Shown here: in pieces, positions 24,149-34,367 of the stretch
Layout of the letters: each line of letters starts with the position of its first letter
How positions within the stretch are numbered: position 1 is the first letter of the stretch
From: Octopus sinensis
Taxonomy: Eukaryota
Reading direction: 5' to 3'
Assembly (NCBI RefSeq): GCF_006345805.1
Contig: NW_021835532.1
Span: forward strand, 1-39,737
DNA: 39,737 nt
Made by a program: the position numbers and the translations under genes
The notes under the pieces: model-generated
What the model was told of the DNA's origin: nothing
Database searches by the model: none
What the model saw: the letters and a program-made list of their open reading frames with translations, nothing else

Positions 24149-24304
24149 AGGCGTGCCTGTGTGATAAGAAGCTTGCTTCCTGACCATATTGTTCTGGGTT
24201 CAGTCCCTCTGCGTGGCACCTTGGGCAAGTGTCTTCAGCTATAGCCTCGGACCGACTAAAGACTTGTGAGTGGATTTAGTAGACGGAAACTGAAAGAAGC
24301 CCGT
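24149..24304 (+). mobile_element. SINE family A, 5' half
   Basis: Similarity to consensus. Confidence 0.8.
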
Positions 24305-24894
24305 TTAGCGTTTCGAGCGGAGCTCTTCGTCGGAAACATAGGAGAAGGAAAGATCCAGAGAAGGGAAGACAGAGGGAAAAAAATCGCCAACGGTACACAC
24401 GAGGTCACATTTTGAAATATTTATATATATCGTTCGTAGAAAACATAAGTCCGTGGGCCAACAGGTTTGGGGATGTGACGATACGCCTTAAAGCTAAACC
24501 CTTTATGGACAGGATACCTATAAACCGGCCTTCCCATTTTTAATACATACATACATACATACATATATACATATGTATATATATATATATATATGTGTGT
24601 GTATATATACATATATACATAAATATACATACATACATACATACATACATACATTCATACATACATACATACATACATGCATACAAACCAAATCCAAAAG
24701 CGAAATATATATAAGCATATATATATATATAAATTTACTTGGAAATGGATGCGTGGCGTTCAATTAAATAATAATATAGATAAAATACATACATACATAC
24801 ATACATACATACATACATACATACATACATACATACATACATACATGCATAATACATACATACATATATATATATATATGTATGATGGACCGTT

Positions 24895-24992
24895 AGCGCC
24901 TATACGCATTTTTTTCTCTCCTTGTTTCTCTCCTTGTTTTTTTTCTGTGTATCTTTCTGTCGAAGAGCGTAGGCTCGAAACGTAAAAGACTT
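24895..24992 (+). repeat. 'H' repeat, 5' part with minimal hammerhead-like motif
   Basis: tcttt-CTGTCGA-a-gagc gtag gctc-GAAACGTA-aaaga at 24952-24989. Confidence 0.65.
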
Positions 24993-25140
24993 GTCCCCGT
25001 CACCTAGCGGTTCGGCAAAAGAGACCGATAGAATAAGTACTGGGCTTACAAAGAATAAGTGCCGGGGTCGATTTGCTCGACTAAAGGCGGTGCTCCAGCA
25101 TGGCCGCAGTCAAATGACTGAAACAAGTAAAAGAGAAAGA
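24993..25140 (+). mobile_element. SINE family A, 3' half
   Basis: Matches the consensus tail. Confidence 0.85.
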
Positions 25141-25593
25141 GAGAGATATATACACACCCACACGCAGACAATATATAGACATAAATACACACAAACATGT
25201 GTGCGTGCGTGCGTGTGTGTATTATAAATATTTGTGAGTGAATACATATGAGAGAAAAGGAGGGAGAGTAAAAATTTTAGACGATGTAAGAAAGACAACT
25301 TTCGATTATATAAACCCGGATTATCTCCCTTATAAGTCGCACATATTTTATACTTTTGATTCAAATCCGTTGATATTTTATTATAATCTATAGAGCAGAT
25401 GTCTTAAGGTCTCTGCTACAACCTTCTTGTCTACGTCTATCATGGTGTAGCGAGAATGTGTTCAGCCAGTTTTCGACTCCTGTTGGAAAATATATACGTA
25501 GAGAACTTAAGTATTTCCATTCAACCGAACCAAATGCCTTATTTGTGTTCATCTCCGGTCCAAGACAATTTCAAGACAGGTTTTAACTTTTAA

Positions 25594-25797
25594 GGCGGCG
25601 AACTGGCAGAAACGTTAGCACGCCTGTCATTACGTTCTGAGTTCAAATTCCGCCGAGGTCAACTTTGCCTTTTATCTTTTCGGGGTCGATAAATAAAGTA
25701 CCAGTTACGCACTGGGTTCGATGTAATCGACTTAATCCGTTTGTCTGTCCTTGTTTGTCCCTTATGTGTTTAGCCCCTTGTGGGCAGTAAAGAAATA
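25594..25797 (+). mobile_element. SINE family B with deletion in the head
   Basis: ggcggcgaactggcagaa…gtaaagaaata. Confidence 0.88.
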
Positions 25798-25972
25798 GGT
25801 ATCCAGTCCTAAGAATTAGAGTAATAGCAGCAGCGGCTCATCCAAAATCAATGACAATAACGGTGACGGGGTGGAGGCGGCAGAAACACCAACACCAACA
25901 ACAACAACAACGATCGCAGCACCAGCATCAGCGCTACGGCCGGCGATGACGACTACGCCAGCACCAGCAACA

Positions 25973-27075
25973 GCGTGGAGGCGCAATGGCCTAATGGTTA
26001 GGGCAGCGGACTCGCCGCGGTCGGAGGATCGCAGTTTCGATTCCCAGACCGAGTGTTGTGTGTGTTTAATTGAGCGAAAACACCTAAAGCTCCACGAGGC
26101 TCCAACAGTGGGTGGTGGCGACCCCTGTTGTACTCTTTCACCCCAACTTTCTCTCACTCTTTCGATGCTCTCGGTGTCGGCAGTTCGAAAATGACTCGCG
26201 GTCGGGGGATCGGGGTTTCGATTCCCAGGCCAGGCGTTCTGTGTTTAATTGAGCGAAAACACCTAAAGCTCCACGAGGCACCAACAGTGGGTGGTGGCGA
26301 CCCCTGTTGTACTCTTTCACCCCAACTTTCTCTCACTCTTTCGATGCTCTCGGTGTCGGCAGTTCGAAAATGACTCGCGGTCGGAGGATCGCAGTTTCGA
26401 TTCCCAGACCAGGCGTTGTGTGTGTTTAATTGAGCGAAAACACCTAAAGCTCCACGAGGCTCCGACGGGGGGTGGGGACCCCTGTTGTACTCTTTCACCC
26501 CAACTTTCTCTCACTTTTTCGATGCTCTCGGTGTCGGCAGTTCGAAAATGACTCGCGGTCGGAGGATCGCAGTTTCGATTCCCAGACCAGGCGTTCTGTG
26601 TGTTTAATTGAGTGAAAACACCTAAAGCTCCACGAGGCTCCGGCAGGGGGTGGTGGAGACCCCTGTTGTACTCTTTCGCCCCAACTTTCTCTCACTCTTT
26701 CGATGCTCTCGGTGTCGGCAGTTCGAAAATGACTCGCGGTCGGGGGATCGCAGTTTCGATTCCCAGACCAGGCGTTGTGTGTGTTTAATTGAGCGAAAAC
26801 ACCTAAAGCTCCACGAGGCTCCGGCAGGGGGTGGTGGAGACCCCTGTTGTACTCTTTCGCCCCAACCTTCTCTCACTCTTTCTTCCTGCTTCTTGTTCCC
26901 GACTTCCTACGCAACCGCTGAGCCTGGATGCGTATTCATCCATCCGTCGATGCTCTCGGTGTCGGGGGTTGACCTGCTTTCTCTTCTGCGGGTCTTACGA
27001 ATAGCAAAGGACCACGTTTCGGACTTCTCCCACTAGGACGAAGACCGCTACGCTCAACAGCAACAACAACAGCAG
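25973..27075 (+). repeat. Tandem array of five SINE-C head/core units (~180 bp) ending in tail type 2 and (CAA)n
   Basis: Units separated by a constant ~31-nt linker, tcgatgctctcggtgtcggcagttcgaaaat. Confidence 0.9.
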
Positions 27076-27239
27076 CGGAGCTACTGGTCCCAAGGTTCAG
27101 AATAAATAGTGACGGCAGCCACATCACCATCGGCAACAACAACATAATACTAACACTATGGCCAGGGATGACAACTGCATCGGCAACAACAGCGGTAACA
27201 CCGGACCCACGCCCTGTAATAACAGCACGGACGACGGCT

Positions 27240-27640
27240 CCAACAACAGCAACCACAACTTCAGGCCTGGAGCCAACGGAAGATACACCAGAGGTGAGAA
27301 CACAAGCAGCACTCAAGTTCGGATACACATCGAGTCGGCTGGAACTACTTTAAGCAGCACCTGTACAACCACAGGTCATCTTTTAGGGTTCTGGAAAAAC
27401 GTTACGTCACGTCTCTGGCCAACTACGTGTAGCGCCTTAAAGATGAAGGAACTCCATACGAAATTAGGCGGAGGATCATAGAGCAGCCAGGGCCCTATAT
27501 ATACTTGAGCGGACGATGCAAGCTTCACATAGAAGAGCGGGCAAGAACCTTAAAGATACACTGAACCCAAGGTCTCTCTTAAACACAAGACACGAGATCT
27601 ATAGCTCCTGTTCCCATTTCAAACCCTACCCGCTGCAGGC
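27240..27640 (+). pseudogene. Penelope-like element GIY-YIG C-terminal remnant
   Basis: FKQHLYNHRSSFRVLEKRYVTSLANYV*RLKDEGTPYEIRRRII…C…EE, then frameshifted LNPRSLLNTRHEIYSSCSH; parallels 36245-36880. Confidence 0.7.
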
Positions 27641-27882
27641 ATGAGATTCCCCGTTCGTCAATTAGAGCTGTAAATAGTATTTGCAAACAAGAACCAACCT
27701 AAGGGTGGAGATTCTCTGTTTTCATTTTAGGTCTATAAGATTTGCTGACCGGACCGGTCTAAAGGCGATAACCCGTCCCGTTTAAGGCTCAGAGAGTATA
27801 TATTATTCTTTTGTTTACAAATGAACTAACTGTAACGGTTTTCTACTTCCAGTTTCAAGAGAGGTTATATACCTGCGCCCAT

Positions 27883-27946
27883 TGGAGTCTGACGAGTCGT
27901 CTTTAAAGCTAAACGCTTTATGTATGCGAAACCATTGGCCATTCTA
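27883..27946 (+). ncRNA. Degenerate type I hammerhead motif downstream of the Penelope-like remnant
   Basis: tggagt-CTGACGA-g…aaagc taaac gcttt…c-GAAA-cca t tgg-CC|attcta; U16.1 appears mutated to C. Confidence 0.6.
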
Positions 27947-27984
27947 TGACCGAATATATATTAAACTTCATTTAAATAAATATA

Positions 27985-28606
27985 CAGGGGTTGGACAAAA
28001 TAATGGAAACACCTAGCATCATAATTTTTTTCATTGGTGTCACCGGTATAATTCAGACACGGGGAAAAACATCTCGGTGTCATTCAAACTTGTATGTTTC
28101 TAATTGTAGCAGTAGTAGTAGAAGCAGTAAGTTCTGGTAGCAGCAGTAGTAATAGCTGTAGCAGCAACTACTGCGTTCGTAAAGGGAGATGAAGAACGTT
28201 CGGTCAGAGAGAGTTCAAATGTTTGCTATATTGTTGATGGAACTTGCGAACACTGACCTTGACTTGGAGAAAAATCAAGGAGGGGCCGACTATGAACAGT
28301 ACTTGTGAATAGAGTCGTGTACGAGCAGAGAGAAACTATAAAGAATATTTTTCTTTTTTTTTTTTCTTCTTATTCTCCACGTGTTTATTTCTGTGATTGC
28401 AATAAAAAGTATGTTCGCATATTTCGGGTAGTCAAGAAGAAAATAAAGGTTAGCAGGTGTTTCCGTCCATAATTTTAGCGTGCATTTAATTGTGTTGTTA
28501 CAATAAAGGCATTTTTACATAATCTGATACTCAAGGAAGAGGTGACGACAAAATGTCCACAGAAAAGATGGAAATATTTATGTTTCTAAAATTTTGTCCC
28601 AAACTG
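27985..28606. mobile_element. Possible Tc1-like non-autonomous remnant
   Basis: TA-CAGGGGTTGGACAAAATAATGGAAAC at left; imperfect inverse gtttctaaaattttgtcccaaactg-TA at right. Confidence 0.4.
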
Positions 28607-29403
28607 TAGGTTTGTAAGTCTTTAACATATTTTGAGGGAAATTCAAATTACTCACAGAAAATAGTAGATCTTCCAGTAATTACAGTTGTTTATCAGTAGT
28701 CCTGCTGGGTTGTATTTGTGTTTCTGTGTCTTCTGTGTCTTTGGCCGCTGACAGGTCGGAGCAGCGAAAACACGTCAGCCTCTGCTGAAGGCTGTACTTA
28801 CACACACATACACGCGCGCGCACGGACCTTCTTTGTTGGGAGAAAAGAGAATTTACAGTAAAAACAAACCCTCAGCCCTCCCTCCAGGGTGTAAATTACT
28901 TTAAAAAGAAATACTTTAAAAGAGAAAAACGTAAGAAAAAAAAATAATTAAATTAACGATAGACAAAAACATGTGCCTTCTCGCACATAAACACAGTATT
29001 CACACTTATACAAACATACGCAGACGCAAATATTGAAGTACTAAATGGCTCTCCCTCACTTGTCCTTCCCATTAATGCCATTGCTCAACCAATTCTGAAC
29101 GATCTTGTCAGGTCAGGTCTGTTGTATGCAGCATCGGATCCTACTACTGGTAAACTGTAAACCAGTACAACCTGTGTCAGTGGGGTAGAAAGGGCTCCTT
29201 AGCCGTAGTGAAGGCAATCTGTCTAGGGAGATAACCTTACAATAAATCACTCGGTCCGTAGCTTAGAAATACTGGTTGACGTCCAGCGGGAACAGCTTTG
29301 TTTCATGGAGGAGGAAAGATCTTCTTTAGTACTTGGTTGTACAATGCTTTCCAATGTGTGTAGTAGTGGCGCACGCACACATTATTAGCCATTTGAAAAG
29401 ACT

Positions 29404-31848
29404 ATGGAGTTTGCAATTAACTGCACCAGGGTTCCTCTTCGCCAGGGAACCAGACCTAATGGTATACCTGCGGATGTAGGTCCAGCCCCTGCTTTGTCGG
29501 GTCCTGTCTCTGATCACGTTACACCTCCAAGGGCATCCATTGACGGTGATGCCCTCAATCTTAACAGACGGGTATCACCTGATGGAGAAGAGTCAGCTCC
29601 CAACCAAACAACACCAAACAAACACCTCATCAGCTGTAAAAATCATACGATACTCAGCACCCTCAATGCCCGCACCCTCGGCTCTCTTGGCCGTCTAGAA
29701 GAACTTGGTGCAAATGCAGAATCACATGGCATTGATATAATAGCTGTCCAAGAACACCGATTTTACCACCCTGACAACATCCTCAAATATCATCAAGTCG
29801 GTTCTTATCAACTTGTAACCTCCTCAGCATCAAAGAATACTGTTAATTCAACAGTTGGAGGTATCGGATTTCTACTTTCATCAAAAGCTAGTGATACTCT
29901 CTTTAGTATAGAGTCAATCTCACCTAGAATTATGGTGCTTGAAATAGATGGAAACCCGAAAACAACATTGGTATGTGTGTATAGCCCACATAATTCGTCT
30001 GTGGCAGACGAGATTGAGAATTTTTATGCAACCCTTCGTTCAACCATTGAGCAAGTACCTCTCCATAATTTTCTAGTTATAGCTGGTGATCTGAATGCTA
30101 GACTAGGACCCGATGAGACCAAGTTTACTTTCAACTCTAAAACTAATCGGAACGGAGAAATGCTCAAAGACTTCTTAGAGGAATTTAATCTCTACACCTC
30201 CAACAATTCTTTTATGAAACCAAAAGATCAACTTTGGACATTTGAGTCCCCACTTGGTGATAGGGCACAAATTGACTACCTCATCTTTCGAAAGAAATGG
30301 CGCAATAGTGTTAGAGACTCGAGATCCTACTCTTCCTTTAGTTCTGTCGGCTCTGACCACAGAATTGTATCAGCTACCGTTAAGCTTAGTCTTCGCTCAT
30401 CCAAAAAAGCTAAGCCTCACCCGATGAAAATGATCGACTGGGAGGAAGTCTTATCTAACCCCGATATGTCCAAACAATTTACTATTGATGTCTATAACAC
30501 ATTTCAATCTCTGTCTACTTCTGAAATAGATGCTGAGAACATTGAAGAAGTATACAGCAGCCTCATCAAATCAACAGAGGAAGTTGCACTGGCTACTCTT
30601 CCCAGAAGGAAGAGTAGGGGCCAGAGCAAACCTTCTAGTTCCCCAAATGTCATCGAAGCCAGAAACCATCTAAAGTCTATATCACTAGCTTACCACCGTT
30701 CTCCATCCCAGTCACTGAAGATCCAACTCATAGCTGCCAAGAAGAATCTTGATGAGGCTTACTTGAACGCCGAGGTCGACTTTATCAATGGCAAAATTAG
30801 TAAACTATCCAAAGAGCACATTAGTAAAAAACACCATCTCGCCTGGAAATCCATCAAAGACCTATCAGGCAAAAACTCTGGGTCATCAATTAGAATTAAC
30901 GGGGGATCAGCTAAGAAGCGTTTAGAAAATTGGTCAACTCATTTTAAAAACCTCCTTGGGAAGAATGCCAAAATCCCTGATAACCCCACTCTTCCAAGTG
31001 TGCCTATATCAGACACGCTGGACATCAACACCTCCCCTTTTACCATATTTGAACTAACAGCAGCCACCAAGCAACTAAAAGCCTCGAAAGCATTTGGTCC
31101 CGACAATATCCCAGCTATAATTTGGAAGGATGATAGATCTCACACACTTTTGCTCAACTTCTGCAACCACACACTTTCCACCTTTGTAGCTCCAAAGATT
31201 TGGCACCAATCTCAAATCATTCCAATACCCAAAAAAGGCGATTTATCCCTCGTCACCAACTACAGGGGTATATCTCTAATGTCAATTGCTGCAAAACTGT
31301 ACAACAAACTGATCCTAAATCGTCTTGTCCTTTTTGTTGAACCTTTGCTCCGAAACAACCAAAATGGATTCAGACATGGGCGCTCAACGCTGAGCCAGAT
31401 ACTATGCCTACGCAGACTTATTGAAGAATCAAAAGCATTTAATCGCGATCTTGCAATGGTATTTGTAGACTTTTCTAAAGTGTTCGATTCTGTAGATAAG
31501 TACAAGATGTTTGAAATCCTTAAGCTCTATGGGATACCAGACAAAATCATTTCTGCCATCAAGGTCCTCTACACAGATACGTCTTCAACCATCTTAACCC
31601 CTGACGGAGAAACATCATCTTTCTCAATCAAAGCCGGAATACTGCAGGGAGACACACTCGCCCCATTTCTTTTCATCATTGTTGTTGATTATGTGCTACG
31701 TATGTCAGTTGATACCATCTCTGGCAAGGGCTTTGAAATAAAACCAAGAAGTTCCAGACACCCAGCTGACGACTTGACAGACACTGACTTTGCTGACGAC
31801 ATCGCTCTTATCAGTGATTCTCTCTCCAATGCCCAGTCTCTTTTATAA
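29404..31848 (+). CDS. AP endonuclease plus reverse transcriptase, truncated by a premature stop
   Basis: TLNART, AVQEHR, GDLNARLG, QIDYL, SDHRIV (APE); NYRGISL, NQNGFR, QGDTLAP, FADDIAL (RT). Confidence 0.92.
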   Translation: MEFAINCTRVPLRQGTRPNGIPADVGPAPALSGPVSDHVTPPRASIDGDALNLNRRVSPDGEESAPNQTTPNKHLISCKNHTILSTLNARTLGSLGRLEELGANAESHGIDIIAVQEHRFYHPDNILKYHQVGSYQLVTSSASKNTVNSTVGGIGFLLSSKASDTLFSIESISPRIMVLEIDGNPKTTLVCVYSPHNSSVADEIENFYATLRSTIEQVPLHNFLVIAGDLNARLGPDETKFTFNSKTNRNGEMLKDFLEEFNLYTSNNSFMKPKDQLWTFESPLGDRAQIDYLIFRKKWRNSVRDSRSYSSFSSVGSDHRIVSATVKLSLRSSKKAKPHPMKMIDWEEVLSNPDMSKQFTIDVYNTFQSLSTSEIDAENIEEVYSSLIKSTEEVALATLPRRKSRGQSKPSSSPNVIEARNHLKSISLAYHRSPSQSLKIQLIAAKKNLDEAYLNAEVDFINGKISKLSKEHISKKHHLAWKSIKDLSGKNSGSSIRINGGSAKKRLENWSTHFKNLLGKNAKIPDNPTLPSVPISDTLDINTSPFTIFELTAATKQLKASKAFGPDNIPAIIWKDDRSHTLLLNFCNHTLSTFVAPKIWHQSQIIPIPKKGDLSLVTNYRGISLMSIAAKLYNKLILNRLVLFVEPLLRNNQNGFRHGRSTLSQILCLRRLIEESKAFNRDLAMVFVDFSKVFDSVDKYKMFEILKLYGIPDKIISAIKVLYTDTSSTILTPDGETSSFSIKAGILQGDTLAPFLFIIVVDYVLRMSVDTISGKGFEIKPRSSRHPADDLTDTDFADDIALISDSLSNAQSLL

Positions 31849-32452
31849 TCTCTTGAACAAGCCTCAAATTGTGTAGGTCTTTACCTCAATGAGGCCAAAA
31901 CTGAATACATAAACAAGTGCCTGTCCAACAGTGATTGCATCATCCATACTCTCAACAATGCGCCCTTAAATATGGCTTCTTGGGTCATACATATCATCTG
32001 GAAAGACTTTCTAACTAAGTAGAGACTTCAAACTTGAAATCTTCAAAGCCACAGTCGAACCAATTCTACTATATGGCTCAGAAACCTGGACGTTATCAAA
32101 GAAGCTTGAGAGGCGGTTGGATGGAACCTACACTCGCCTCCTTATGAGAGCTCAAAATCTCTCGTGGAAGCGCCATCCAACCAAAATGCAAATATATGGG
32201 AAACTACCACCTGTGTCATCTCTTGTGAAAGGTAGGAGTGTCCAGTTTGCTGGACATTGTTGTAGAGCTGAAAAAGAAGTAATTTCTACTCTTCTCCTCT
32301 GGAAGCAATACCAGAGGGCGCACACTCTCCTACCCTGATGTAATCTCCAGGGATACAGGCATCCAGCAACAGGACCTCCGTAATGCCATGATGGACTGTG
32401 AAGTCTGGCGTAGCATGGTAAATTCCATTGTCTCGACCACGGTCGAACAATG
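31849..32452 (+). pseudogene. Frameshifted C-terminal remainder of the LINE ORF
   Basis: SLEQASNCVGLYLNEAKTEY…LLYGSETWTL…RLDGTYTRLLMRAQNLSW…FAGHC, with small deletions. Confidence 0.85.
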
Positions 32453-32460
32453 ATGATGAT

Positions 32461-32910
32461 CATAATTTTGAAATATTTTGAAATTTCCAGCCTTGTTCTT
32501 CTTATGGACTTCTTAGGGCTTCATGAGAGTTTTTTTGGCAAACCCGCTCGACCTCTCTTCCGATGCTAGTGGTCGGCCAGATCCTTTTGCCTTGCACAGA
32601 CAGCCTTCCTCTTTGAATTTTTAGTGCCATGTCCAAATCTGCATTGCCGTTGGTGACATTTTAGTGAACTCACTCAGAAATGCACGCTCCACAGTCTTGT
32701 TCGACTGTGTTCGAGCATACTCCAACACACAAAACGCCTTTTCTCTTCCAGTGAATGCCATTTCTATGCATGAAAAGATAAACATATCAAATATTAAACA
32801 TAAAATTTCAACCTGTTTCTACACATGCTGTTAAAATTTGAAGTCATTTCAACAAGAACTGGCTAAGTTATTAGATTACGAAATGATATCAAAGTTTTTG
32901 AAACACCCTG
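32461..32910 (-). mobile_element. 5' part of a Tc1/mariner-superfamily element (transposase N-terminal HTH pseudogene)
   Basis: TIR-like TA-CAGGGTGTTTCAAAAA at 32912-32895; from 32761: MAFTGREKAFCVLEYARTQSNKTVERAF…W*KFKEEGCLCKAKGSGRP. Confidence 0.8.
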
Positions 32911-33114
32911 TATTTAGTCTAGTGGGATTACTGAGGGTTATATTATTGCTACTTGGTGGATTAGTTTGGGGTGCAGTGTGAGAGATTGGATGATCTAAGG
33001 ACTGTCGTTGAAGTTTGGGTCTGTTAGAGGATGCGATTATGGATCCCAAATTAGGTGTGGTGAAGCAGGAGATTTTCACAGATGATTTATTAAAGATAGG
33101 GTAGTATTTATACT

Positions 33115-33345
33115 TATTTCTTTACTGCCCACAAGGGGCTAAACACAGAGGGGACAAACAAGGACAGACACACAGATTAAGTCGATTATATCGACCTCAG
33201 TGCGTAACTGGTACTTAATTTATCGACCCCGAAAGGATGAAAGGCAAAGTCGACCTCTGCGGAATTTGAACTCAGGACGTAAAGGCAGCCGAAATACCGC
33301 AAAGCATTTCGCCCGACGTGCTAACGTTTCTGCCAGCTCGCCGCC
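33115..33345 (-). mobile_element. SINE family B, full length
   Basis: Complete head and tail. Confidence 0.92.
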
Positions 33346-33373
33346 TTCATATACTCGCGGTAGTATTTATACT

Positions 33374-33604
33374 GGCGGCAAGCTGGCAGAAACGTTAGCA
33401 CGCCGGACAAAATGCTTTGCGGTATTTCGGCTGCCGTTACGTCCTGAGTTCAAATTCCGCCGAGGTCGACTTTGCCTTTCATCCTTTCGGGGTCGATAAA
33501 TTAAGTACCAGTTACGCACTGGGGTCGATGTAATCGACTTAATCCGTTTGTCTGTCCTTGCTTGTCCCCTCTGTGTTTAGCCCCTTGTGGGTAGTAAAGA
33601 AATA
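33374..33604 (+). mobile_element. SINE family B, full length, with 15-bp TSD
   Basis: ggtagtatttatact at 33359-33373 and 33605-33619. Confidence 0.92.
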
Positions 33605-33929
33605 GGTAGTATTTATACTGTGGTGGAAATTTAGAGTTTAGGATTTTAAAAAAGAGTTTAGGTTGAGGTTTAACTTGGAAGGAGAAAGATGGTGCAAACC
33701 GTAAGATCTCCCACTTCCCGCCCTTAGAATGATTAGGGTGTGTTGTCGCAGTGGGTGGATCCGAGGAGGGAGGCTTGTAGTTGTTATAGGTTCGAGGTGC
33801 CCGGTGGGGCTGCCGAATGCGATGTGTAGGATGTTTTTAAAGAGTTATTGGGTTTATGTTGAGTGGAAGAACTATCTGTGAATTCAGGGTTAGTATTAGG
33901 AAAGCGATTTTAGTTTTGAGCTTAGTATA

Positions 33930-34365
33930 TATTTCTTTTACTGCCCAGAAGGGGCTAAACACAGAGGGAACAAACAAGGACAGACGAAGGGATTGAGTCG
34001 ATTATATCGCCCCCAGTGCGAAACTGGTACTTTATTTATCGACCCCGAAAGGATGAAAGGCAAAGTTGACCTCGGCGGAATTTGAACTCAGAACGTAACG
34101 ACAGACGAAATACCTATTTCTTTATTATCCACAAGGGGCTAAACATAGAGGGGACAAACAAAAGGGGCTAAACACAGAGGGGACAAACAAGGACAGACAT
34201 AGGTATTAAGTCGATTACATCGACCCCAGTGCGTAACTGGTACTTAAATTACCGACCCCGAAAGGATGAAAGACAAAGTCGACCTCGGCGGAATTTGAAC
34301 TCAAAACGTAACGGCAGACGAAATACCGCTAAGCATTTCGCCCGGCGCGCTAACGTGTCTGCCAG
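33930..34365 (-). mobile_element. SINE family B dimer
   Basis: Two units with the standard junction. Confidence 0.88.
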
Positions 34366-34367
34366 AG

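Larger units (their letters stand above)
29100..32460 (+). mobile_element. RTE-like LINE, near full length, disabled
   Basis: 5' UTR, APE plus RT ORF, C-terminal …DCEVWRSMVNSIVSTTVEQ*, (TGA)n tail. Confidence 0.88.

Noticed and set aside
25973-26880. CRISPR-like repeat/spacer appearance
   Set aside because: The linkers are identical rather than unique, the repeats are SINE fragments, the context is eukaryotic and there are no cas genes
28600-29100. Continuation of the 32461-32910 transposase on the other side of the LINE
   Set aside because: No convincing transposase frame or TSD found
31785-31830. Two CTGACGA motifs
   Set aside because: They lie inside RT coding sequence (ADD codons) with no GAAA partner
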